A DNA stretch of 63,709 nt, counting the filler, from Octopus bimaculoides (taxonomy: Eukaryota), in NCBI RefSeq assembly GCF_001194135.2. It is 8 parts of 8 records of this genome, joined end to end, with 100 filler letters (N's around TTAATTAATTAA, not from the genome) between each part and the next. Parts side by side here need not be neighbours in the genome. Positions count along the whole stretch, not along the records: positions 1 to 17,884 come from NC_068997.1; positions 17,985 to 23,105 come from NC_069001.1; 6 more parts are not named here. One strand, written 5' to 3'. Position 1 is the first letter of the stretch. Each line of letters begins with the position of its first letter. The notes beneath the pieces were generated by a model. That model was not told the DNA's origin. It worked only from the letters and a program-made list of their open reading frames with translations, and did no database searches. Below, piece after piece: positions 11,612 through 21,482 of this stretch. Position numbers and translations under genes: made by a program.

Positions 11612-11733
11612 ATATAACCGACCCAACAGTAAAAGTGGCACTCGGAGTTCTAATCGGAATTGTCTGCGTCCTGGTTATTCTTGTTATTGTTCTTGTTTAT
11701 GTTTTGATTGGTGTGCTGAAACAGAAGAAATGA
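11612..11733 (+). CDS. Terminal coding exon of the multicopper oxidase: transmembrane helix plus short basic tail
   Basis: Pyrimidine tract gttttttctttatcattgcag| ending at 11611. Phase-1 join gives (G|AT)=D-ITDPTVKVALGVLIGIVCVLVILVIVLVYVLIGVLKQKK-stop (TGA 11731-11733): a long hydrophobic run followed by KQKK. Confidence 0.85.
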
Positions 11734-12073
11734 CATTCGAAAACCTCTTGAAAGCAACACGTCTGAAGATAGAAGTGAAGGAAAGTTCAGTGGCATGGTA
11801 GTGGTAGTGGTCGCGGTGGTGATAGTTACGAGGGATGGGAGGATTGTTTAATGCAATAGTGCTTTTAGTGGTGGCTGCGCTGGTGGGGGGGGGGTGATGG
11901 TGTCGGTGGTTGTTGTTTGTGTTGTGTGGGGAGGAGTGTTAATGCTGGAGGAGGAGGTGAAATAACATAGAATACATTATGGTTTATGCAATGCTTAGTC
12001 CAAGTGTTCGAGTGGGGTTTGGTAACTAATGCATGAAGGATGTAGCTGTTGGTGTACATATAGCACAGGTATA

Positions 12074-13084
12074 TAATGACTTGTAGGCACACGGCATTTC
12101 GTTATGCAACCATGATATACAACGAAGTGCATTAAACGTTTTCATAAGACAATAGCGTGTACTTCTGTGTTAGCAGTGCACTTAAATCCCGTGTTAAGGT
12201 CATCTCTACAGATTTGCTAGAGAAATTATAACCAACACTGATTATTTTGTTACGACGTTTTGTATCCGAGATTCCAGATGTAAACAAACAGTGAAATCGA
12301 GGACGAAAAGATAGTTAATGAGCGTATATACCATAAAGAGCGTATAAACTGATGTTGTTTCGATGTTTCCTTTCCGATGCGCCAGATGTGACCAACAGTA
12401 AGATCTAGGATGAAAAAATGTATAATGGGCGTATATACTATATTTCGGGAGTTTTTGCACTTTCATCAGCACCCATCTTACACATTAATCATCCATGAAC
12501 TCATTGCTTAAATAACCACGAAATACAGCTGTGTAACGTTACTGGATATACCAGTTTACTCATTAAACACACTTCTGGAAAGTTGGTGTGCAAATATTAA
12601 TGACTTGTAGGCGCACGGTATTTCGTTATGCTACCACAAAATACTATAAGTATATTAAACGTTTTTATAAGTCAATACCGTGGACTACTGTGTTAGCAGT
12701 TGGAATGCGCTTAATAGGCAAATTGGTGTATTCAATATCGTTATATCGCTATATGTAGTGGTTATATAAGCAATGAATTCGTGGATGGTTAATGGGTTAG
12801 ATGGGTGCACACGAAGGAGCAAAACTCCCGAAATATGGCATATACGCCCATTATACAATTTTTCTTCCTCGATCTTACTGTTGATTACATCTGGCGTATC
12901 GGAAAGGAAACGTCGTAACAAGATCAGTGCTGGCTCTAACTTCTATCGAAGATCTATAGAGATGACATTAACACAGGATTTCAGAACATTGCTAGTACAG
13001 TAGTACATGGTATTGAATAATACAATCGTTTAATATACTTTGTAATAATCGCATAACGAAATATTATGTCCCTATACATCATTA
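12074..13084. repeat. Large diverged inverted repeat (arms ~12074-12519 and ~12758-13084)
   Basis: atttcgttatgc/gcataacgaaat; tgtataatgggcgtatat...tatttcgggagtttt / aaaactcccgaaatat...atatacgcccattataca; cattgctt..ataaccac / gtggttat..aagcaatg. Related fragment at ~21110-21220. Confidence 0.75.
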
Positions 13085-13247
13085 ATACACGCACATACAT
13101 ACGCACACAGACTATATTGTTTTTTAAATTGCTAAATTATTACTTTTAATTAAGTTCATCGTAGGAGCTGCTTAACTATATTATCAATTTTCCAGTAGCT
13201 TTTAAAGGTAGGCTATGTTTGCATGGGCTTTAAACCAATTCTATTTA

Positions 13248-13430
13248 CTAGCGGGACCCGTGAATATTTCACGGAATTAATAGTAAATTTATTGGGTTAT
13301 TCCTGAAAACTTTATCGAAAAATCCTGAAAGCGTAACCTGTGGTGTGTCTGTATCAAAAGATAGTCGCTCATCTGCTATTCATTGGAAAGTGAAGGAAAT
13401 TGGAATAAGATGATTATTTAATGCACTTTT
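13248..13430 (-). mobile_element. Helitron 3' terminus (non-autonomous fragment)
   Basis: Minus strand: hairpin CCGTGAA-ata-TTCACGG, then GTCCCG, then CTAG|T. The 5' extent is uncertain. Confidence 0.65.
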
Positions 13431-13514
13431 TATATATATATATTATATGCTTTATATGCCCAATTTCATAGACTTAATACACAACTCTCATAAAATAAAC
13501 ACTCACTCCTATTT

Positions 13515-14076
13515 GTCTATTTTTCCCATAAAGAGAAAAAAGTGTAGAAATTGTCAAAGTACAAAGATCTCGAAGTTGAAGTATTCAAAATGTGGGGAAT
13601 GACAGTGAAAACAATAATAAGTAGAGCATTGGGCATCATATAAAAACATAAATACGTAGAAGCTATACTTGGATCCTCAACACTATACACTATCTAAAAA
13701 TAGCCCTGCTAGAAACAGCCCACATACCACGCAAAACACCATCAATTCAATAAGACAACCTTAACAAAACAACCCACAAACACATGGCACATCTTATACA
13801 GCAATTATCCAGTGAAATTAACTTCCACTAGTGAGCTGGATAACCAGCGCATTACAACTTAACACACAATACAAACAATAATAGAACAAAAGACTGCACC
13901 ACACTTCAAGAGAAAAAAACTGATGCAATGCAATACCGGGAAGAATTTGCACGCTCCCAGCAACAGTAGAAGAACACCTAATGTTGCATACACCCCGGCA
14001 ACACGGAGTAGCAGGTGATGCAGTAGAAATTTTCTTGAAACTACCAGATGAACAGCTATGTAATAATAATATTAAT

Positions 14077-14137
<61 letters not shown>

Positions 14138-15020
14138 TGAATCCTAGAAACACTAGCCATGAACAAGGTAGCACCCATAATCATGAAATATATAAAACAT
14201 TCCATGAATAAGTGACAAACAGTGCTATAGCCCCAGACAAATAGGGACTCATAAAAAACCAAAAGCATCCCCATTAGAAGAGGAATATTCCAGGGAGACA
14301 CGCTCACTCCACTCTTTTTCTGCTTGGCACTGACACCTTTATCTGACATGCTAAACAGAACTGGATGTGGATACAAATGTTATGGTAAAACAATCCAAAA
14401 TCTCTTGTGTGTGGATGATTTAAAACTATGCTGCAAATCATAAACTGCTGGAAACATTATTACAGACGGTTCATGAATTTACGAAAGAAATAAACATGAA
14501 ATTTGGTTTAGAAACATTTGCCAAAGCAACCTTGAAAAGAGGAAAACTAGTTAAGAGTAACAACATCACACTAGATAAAGGAAATGAAATAAGAGAATTA
14601 GACCAAAGCCAGGCATGCAAATACTTAGGAATCAATGAACTAGGTACAACACACACAAATGAACGAGAAGATAAAAAAGGAATACTATAGTTGAATAAGA
14701 TTAATATTGAAAACAGAGCTCAATGCGAAAAACAAGATAATAGGTATCAACACTCAAGCCGTCCCAGTTATGTTACAGCTAAAATATTCTTAACTGGACT
14801 TTAAATGAACTATTCAAAATAGATAGGAAAACAAGAAAAATAATAGCAGGATTTAGGATGTACCACCCAAAATCTAACATACAAAGAGTATATATATACA
14901 ATGTATCGAAGGTGGTAGAGGCCTTATACAACTAGAAAACTATTACAAAATAACCACCATAGGATTACAGAATTACCTACTTCAGAAACAAGGAAAACTG
15001 ATACAAATAGTATTGAACAA
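13515..15020 (+). mobile_element. R4/Dong-like non-LTR retrotransposon remnants: RLE C-terminus (13515-13760), then RT region (13860-15020)
   Basis: KYKDLEVEV.KMWG...GALG; IFQGDTLTPLFFCLAL (~14285); VDDLKL (14411); MKFGLE; CKYLGI. Contains stops and frameshifts. Confidence 0.85.
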
Positions 15021-15027
15021 TACTATG

Positions 15028-15079
15028 CTGATGAGCGGAGTCTAGATTAATTGTAGTAATCGCGAAATGTCGATACATA
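15028..15079 (+). ncRNA. Hammerhead core lacking helix I
   Basis: CUGAUGA-GCG...CGC-GAA-AUGU-cgau-ACAU-A. No flanking helix I complementarity. Confidence 0.4.
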
Positions 15080-15398
15080 GTTGAGTTATTTAAAAGAAAG
15101 TTGGTCTTCTTCTGTTAGTTCTTTTCCTCGCATTCGGTACTAAATGTGTTTATTTTGGGAAGTCCAGTGTNNNNNNNNNNNNNNNNNNNNNNNNNNNNNN
15201 NNNNNNNNNNNNNNNNNNNNNNNNNNNNNNNNNNNNNNNNNNNNNNNNNNNNNNNNNNNNNNNNNNNNNNATACGCATATACATATACATACATGTATAC
15301 AAACACATACGTAAACACAGGCATGCACATACATACATACATAAAAATATATATATATAAGAAAAAGAACTCAAATGTTTTCATATATACATACATAC

Positions 15399-15503
<105 letters not shown>

Positions 15504-15736
15504 TATATATATATACATATACATATATATACACAAACACACATACACACATTCATACATATATACACACACATACATACAGATATATGTACACACATAC
15601 AGAACCTAATAACGCATACATATGGATTTATACAAATACATACACGGTTTTTTTCAAATGAATCACGTCATAACCTTATCCATCTATTGTTTTCATACTC
15701 GGTCATAATGTCTTACGTTTAAGATGATTCCCATGC

Positions 15737-15822
15737 ATTCCCTGAAGAGAAGGTTACAATTTTAATATCAAAGATCCCTATGGATCACACAGGTTGTAAT
15801 CCTTTGAAACATATGTAGGAAT
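15737..15822 (+). ncRNA. Canonical type I hammerhead ribozyme
   Basis: Helix I AUUCC/GGAAU; CUGAAGA (15742-48); 11-bp helix II GAAGGUUACAA/UUGUAAUCCUUU with one bulge; GAA; palindromic helix III ACAUAUGU; GUA triplet, predicted cut after 15817. Confidence 0.85.
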
Positions 15823-16746
15823 AAAGTATGCAATTATAACATGCGTTTTCTCCATTCCTTAAATTTTATATATATATATANNNNNNNNNNNNNNNNNNNN
15901 NNNNNNNNNNNNNNNNNNNNNNNNNNNNNNNNNNNNNNNNNNNNNNNNNNNNNNNNNNNNNNNNNNNNNNNNNNNNNNNNNNNNNNNNNNNNNNNNNNNN
16001 NNNNNNNNNNNNNNNNNNNNNNNNNNNNNNNNNNNNNNNNNNNNNNNNNNNNNNNNNNNNNNNNNNNNNNNNNNNNNNNNNNNNNNNNNNNNNNNNNNNN
16101 NNNNNNNNNNNNNNNNNNNNNNNNNNNNNNNNNNNNNNNNNNNNNNNNNNNNNNNNNNNNNNNNNNNNNNNNNNNNNNNNNNNNNNNNNNNNNNNNNNNN
16201 NNNNNNNNNNNNNNNNNNNNNNNNNNNNNNNNNNNNNNNNNNNNNNNNNNNNNNNNNNNNNNNNNNNNNNNNNNNNNNNNNNNNNNNNNNNNNNNNNNNN
16301 NNNNNNNNNNNNNNNNNNNNNNNNNNNNNNNNNNNNNNNNNNNNNNNNNNNNNNNNNNNNNNNNNNNNNNNNNNNNNNNNNNNNNNNNNNNNNNNNNNNN
16401 NNNNNNNNNNNNNNNNNNNNNNNNNNNNNNNNNNNNNNNNNNNNNNNNNNNNNNNNNNNNNNNNNNNNNNNNNNNNNNNNNNNNNNNNNNNNNNNNNNNN
16501 NNNNNNNNNNNNNNNNNNNNNNNNNNNNNNNNNNNNNNNNNNNNNNNNNNNNNNNNNNNNNNNNNNNNNNNNNNNNNNNNNNNNNNNNNNNNNNNNNNNN
16601 NNNNNNNNNNNNNNNNNNNNNNNNNNNNNNNNNNNNNNNNNNNNNNNNNNNNNNNNNNNNNNNNNNNNNNNNNNNNNNNNNNNNNNNNNNNNNNNNNNNN
16701 NNNNNNNNNNNNNNNNNNNNNNNNNNNNNNNNNNNNNNNNNNNNNN

Positions 16747-16799
<53 letters not shown>

Positions 16800-17099
16800 T
16801 AGATAGATATATACACACATATATAGATATATAGCCCTGGTGATATTCTGACTATAGTGGAGAAAGCAAGCCATAGTCTTTGGATGAAAAGTGACGATGA
16901 GCAATGGTTTGATGAATATTGAGCGAAGACTAGTAATCCCACGATCTAGCAAGTAGATAAATATTGCTGTTGGGAGGAAGGTCTCTAAAACGTATGCATT
17001 TTTTCGTGATGACTTCATAAGCGTGCTTGGTTATGGAATGCGGAGCTTTGGACTGGTAAAACTTGTATTTACAAGGCGATTGCAAATGATTAAACACAC

Positions 17100-17151
<52 letters not shown>

Positions 17152-17651
17152 AATATAATACATTATATCTTGTGTAATGGCAGTGAACAATTGTATCCAG
17201 ACACAAAAGCTATTAGATTTTTATTTCTATACCAACTGAAAACTGGTGCAAACGAAAGCTGCAAATAAAAGCAACACCGACACGTATTCCCAAGCTGATG
17301 GGAGGAGGTTCCAGTTAAGGAAACATATCAAAGAATGGAACAAAGGAATAATGAGGCTATAAATAACTGTATCTTGCTTTTTCTTCTCTTTTTCAATTTA
17401 TATATATATATATAGCATAGGTCAATCAGTAAGTTGTCATAATTGAACTCAGTTTCAAATGCCGAGCAGCAGTGTGTAATGTTTTACCAAAAAGTTAAAC
17501 AATAACTGTAAGTAAATTTGACTAGGGTGTTGCAAACACCTACATTGCTAGAAATAAGACTTAAAATACTCTAATGTCGTACTCAAGGCACATAATTGTA
17601 TACATATATTCTGACAGGGATTATAACCTCCCGAAAACACCGATCAAGAAT

Positions 17652-17704
17652 TCCTTTTACTGACAGGTCAGTTTCGGCAGTTTTCGCTGCCTCGTCAGTA
17701 AGGA
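17652..17704 (-). ncRNA. Type I hammerhead ribozyme with canonical core
   Basis: Minus: UCCUUA-CUGACGA-GGCAG-cgaaaa-CUGCC-GAA-ACUGA-ccug-UCAGU-A-AAAGGA. GUA triplet; A-A mismatch at the first helix I pair. Confidence 0.8.
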
Positions 17705-17984
17705 TTGATTTGACTTCGGCAGATTAAGGATTGAATTATCTATTATAAAAATCTCTGGATGATTTAGCGAATCGTTAATGTGTATACAAAAAAAAATAAT
17801 GTAGAACCAGGAAGAATGTGGCTGGCAAGCAAGCTACTTACCACACAGCCACTCCTGCGCTTATATATATATATATATATATATNNNNNNNNNNNNNNNN
17901 NNNNNNNNNNNNNNNNNNNNNNNNNNNNTTAATTAATTAANNNNNNNNNNNNNNNNNNNNNNNNNNNNNNNNNNNNNNNNNNNN

Positions 17985-18090
17985 TGGAGCCTGGTGTCGC
18001 CTCCTGGTCCACCAGCCCTCAGTCAAATCGTCCAACCCATGCTAGCACGGAAAGCGGACGTTAAACGATGATGATGATGATGATGATACA
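17985..18090 (+). mobile_element. Retroposon 3' tail ending in (ATG)n; related pieces at ~19690-19810 (+) and ~55730-55900 (-)
   Basis: tccaacccatgc.agca.gg.aa..ggacgttaaacgatgatgat; reverse complement at 55735-55770. Confidence 0.6.
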
Positions 18091-18095
18091 TATAT

Positions 18096-18254
18096 ACGAT
18101 GGGCCTCTTTCAGTTTCCGTCTACCAAATCCACTCACAAGGCTTTGGTCGGTCTGAGGCTATAGTAGACGACACTTGCCCAAGATGCCACACAGTGGGAC
18201 TGAACCCAGAACCATTTGGTTGGTAAGCAAGCAACTTACCACACAGCCACTCCT
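18096..18254 (-). mobile_element. tRNA-derived SINE family A (other copies at 56974-57140 +, 39838-39990 +, 61671-61826 -; fragments at 17820-17860, 22060-22140, 26028-26350)
   Basis: A-box gtggctgtgtggtaag, B-box-like ggttc.gggttcagtccc, conserved body ggatttggtagacggaaactgaaaga. Confidence 0.85.
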
Positions 18255-18269
18255 GGGCCTAATAATATG

Positions 18270-19262
18270 TTATTATTATTATTCAGTAGTCTTATTTTTA
18301 TCACTTGTCTTCACTGCACTATTGAGTGCAGCTCTGTGTGCCTTGAGTATGTGCTGTGGTTTGTTGTAATGGTCTTATTGTTACTGTATTAAAAGTGTTT
18401 TATATAGGATGTGCGCAGTGCCTCGTAGTGCTATTTTCTACATCTTATATACATTCGTATGTCCTGGTGTTTTGGTTATGTATTTGTCTGAATATTTTTT
18501 AATCATACCTAATGCACCTATTATTAAAGGGATTATTTCAGTTTTTAGATTCCACATTCGAGTTACCTCTATTTCCAGATCTTTGTATTGTGAGAGTATC
18601 TCCGTTTCTTTTAGAGATACATTGTCATCTGTTGATACTAATTCATCAGTTAGAAAGCATTTTTCCTTGATGATTTCTGACAACTATGTCCAGTCTAGTA
18701 GCCTTGATTTCTCTATTTGTATGTATTGGCATATTCCAGAGTATGGTTGCTTTGTCATTTTCTGGGGTATAGCTATACCATATTATTATTATTATTATTA
18801 TTATTGTTCAGTAGTTTTATTTTTATAACTTCACTACCGAGTGCAGCTCTGTGTGCCTTGGGTATGTGCTGTGGTTTGCTGTGATGCTCTTATGGTTACT
18901 GTATTTTGCGTAGGATGTGTGCAGTGCCCAGTAGTGCAATTTTCTGTATGTTATATATATTTGTAAGTCCTGGTGTTTTTGTTATGTATTTGTCTGAATA
19001 TTTTTTTATTATACCTAAGGCTCCTACTATGATAGGAATTGTTTGTCTTTAGATTCCACATTCGAGTTACCTCTACTTCCAGGTCTTTGTATTTTGAAAG
19101 TTTCTCCATTTCTTTTAGGAAAACGTTGTCATCTGCTGGTATTGATACATCAATTAGAAAGCATGTTTTTTCTTCATGATCTTTGACAACTATATCTGGT
19201 CTATTGGCCTTAATTTCTCTATCTGTGTGTATTGGCATATCCCAGAGTATGGTTGCTTTCTT
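18270..19262 (-). mobile_element. Two tandem 5'-truncated R4/Dong-like LINE 3' ends, each bounded by (AAT)n
   Basis: ATILWDMPIHTDREIKANRPDIVVKD...CFLIDVSIP.DDN...EKLSKYKDLE.EVTRMWNLKT..IGALG (RLE domain). (TAT)n tracts at ~18270, ~18781 and ~19270. Confidence 0.88.
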
Positions 19263-19889
19263 CTTCTTATTATTATTATTATCATCATCATTTTCAACAC
19301 TTGATCCATTATTCCCTACCCAAAGAAATTCCTAGTCTTTGCTAGTGAGAAACTCTTCCAGGTGAAATTTTACATCTTCTTCAGGAATTTTGAAGAGACT
19401 AAAACAGGTAACAATCTGAAGGTGCAAAGTCAAGCAAATATGGAGAGTGCAGCAAAACTTCCCAACCAAGCCCCAGATATTTGGGGAATATTTGTGATCA
19501 TTGTGGTCATATAACAGGGTTGGTATTGCTGTTAATCTCAGTTGGCTGGCCAGAGCAGGGTGCATCTTGAAGCAAATAATTTCCATATTAAAATCTTGAA
19601 AACCACTTTTGGCACACATATTCCACAACAACATCTCTATACACAGTGCAGATATTCTTGCAGGTTTCTGCAATAGTTGTGAGCAAGTGTCACTGTGATG
19701 CAGAAGTTACTTTAGTTGAGAGCTGCTGACTGGAAGAGCATCCAGCTGTAAAAAATTTGCCTCTACAAATTTCATCCTACTCATGCAAGTATGGTAAAGT
19801 GGATGTGGAAACAACTAATTTCGCTGTCACCATAACAAACCACATCATGCTTATAGCACTTTCACCTACCAATATTTTTCATTTACACA

Positions 19890-20075
19890 TTATGAAAGGG
19901 TGCTGAGAAGTTCCTGACTTTAAGAGTGTCACAAAAGGCCTGGTTAGAGGTCCAACATTCCAACTTTTAGAGGATTTAGAAAAACTGAAGGATCACTGCA
20001 ATAAGTGTGTGAATCTAAGAGGGGAACATGTTGAATAAAATCATAATTAAGTGATCCTCCAGTATTTTCTTTTAC
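19890..20075 (+). mobile_element. Internally deleted mariner remnant
   Basis: TIR-like tgaaagggtgctgagaagttcctg and C-terminal LKDHCNKCVNLRGEHVE-stop. Confidence 0.6.
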
Positions 20076-20533
20076 TAAAAGTCACTATGTTTTGAGTTCA
20101 AACTCTGCCATGGCCAACTTTGCTTTTCATCCTTCTAGGGTCAAAATAATTTTGAGCAAAGTCAAGAATTCTGGCCTTGTACCAAAATTAGAAAAAAATA
20201 TTTTCATCTTATTCCATCAATTTCTATTTCTTTCTCTTTTCATATTTTGTGTTTGCCTCACCAGCCACTTATGAAGATGGTCGGAACCACAGATATCAGT
20301 CTACAGGAAGCTGCTGCTGGTTGTATTGGTAACATACGTTGCCTGGCTCGCACTAATGCAAACTGGTCAAGCTGAGCCACATTGCATCAAAAATGCAGTT
20401 CAACAATTTCATTTGTTCTTACATGTTAACTTGAAAATTAAGCAAATAAAGCTGAAAGATTTAACCTTTCTTTTAAAACACACAACTGGTCTTTGAAATA
20501 TTTCAGGCAATCATAGATGCTAAGGTTGGTTGG

Positions 20534-20915
20534 TTGGCACTCCGTCGGTTACGACGACGAGGGTTCCAGCTGATCCGATCAGCAGAACAGCCTACTCGTG
20601 AAATTAACGTGCAAGTGGCTGAGCACTCCACAGATACGTGTACCCTTAACGTAGTTCTCGGGAGAGATTCAGCGTGACACAGAGTGTGACAAGGATGGTC
20701 CTTTGAAATACAGGTACAACAGAAACAGGAAGAAAGAGTGAGAGAAAGTTGTGGTGAAAGAATACAGCAGAGTTCGCCACCATCCCCTGCTGGAGCCTCG
20801 TGGAACTTTTAGGTGTTTTTGCTCAATAAACACTCAGAACGCCCGGTCTGGGAATCGAAACAGAGATCCTGCGACCGCAAATCCACTGCCCTAACCACTT
20901 GGCCATTGCGCCTCC
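20534..20915 (-). mobile_element. tRNA-derived SINE family D
   Basis: Minus head ggaggcgcaatggccaagtggttagggcag (A-box) and tttcgattccc (B-box), followed by a ~300-bp body. Confidence 0.8.
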
Positions 20916-21249
20916 AAGGATGTTAAGGACAGCTGAGATATATTTAGATTGTAGCTGGCAGTTAATCTAATTTGTTTTCTTGTTTATTCTTTACATGTGA
21001 AAAATCAGCAAACGTCAGTTACAAGTTCATAACAGGTTAATCATTTATCCAATGCAAGTCATTGATTATTTACTTACCAGCTTCTTGGATGTTACACTGT
21101 TATATTTAGTGGCTAATTAAGCATTGGTAGTGTACATGGTTAATGGACACTGATCAAGGAGCAAAACTCCCGTAATATGGCAAATGCACCCATTACCTGT
21201 CTTCGATTGCATTGTTGTTTACATTTAGCATTTTTTTTTTTTTTTGCAC

Positions 21250-21482
21250 CATTTTAAAGCCTAGCCAGGCTCATGGGCCCAGTTTCAATAGTGTATGTGT
21301 TCTCCAGCTGGACGGGGCGCCAGGCCATCGCAGCGTTACTCATTTTTGCTAGCTGAGTGGACTGGAGCAATGTGAAATGAAGTGTTTTGCTCAAGAACAC
21401 AATGCGTCGCCCGGTCCAGGAATCGAAACCACAATCTTATGATCATGGTGCTGACACCTTAACCACTAAGCCACGCACCTCC
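21250..21482 (-). mobile_element. tRNA-derived SINE family E with V-SINE-like central motif
   Basis: Head ggaggtgcgtggcttagtggttaagg...tttcgattcc. Body gcgatggcctggcgccccgtccagc resembles the V-domain motif (recalled similarity). Confidence 0.7.

Noticed and set aside
17929-17940. TTAATTAATTAA embedded in N runs (also ~23150, 35397, 46007, 49469, 58281, 61583)
   Set aside because: Six-frame stop linker typical of scaffolding; an assembly artefact, not biology.
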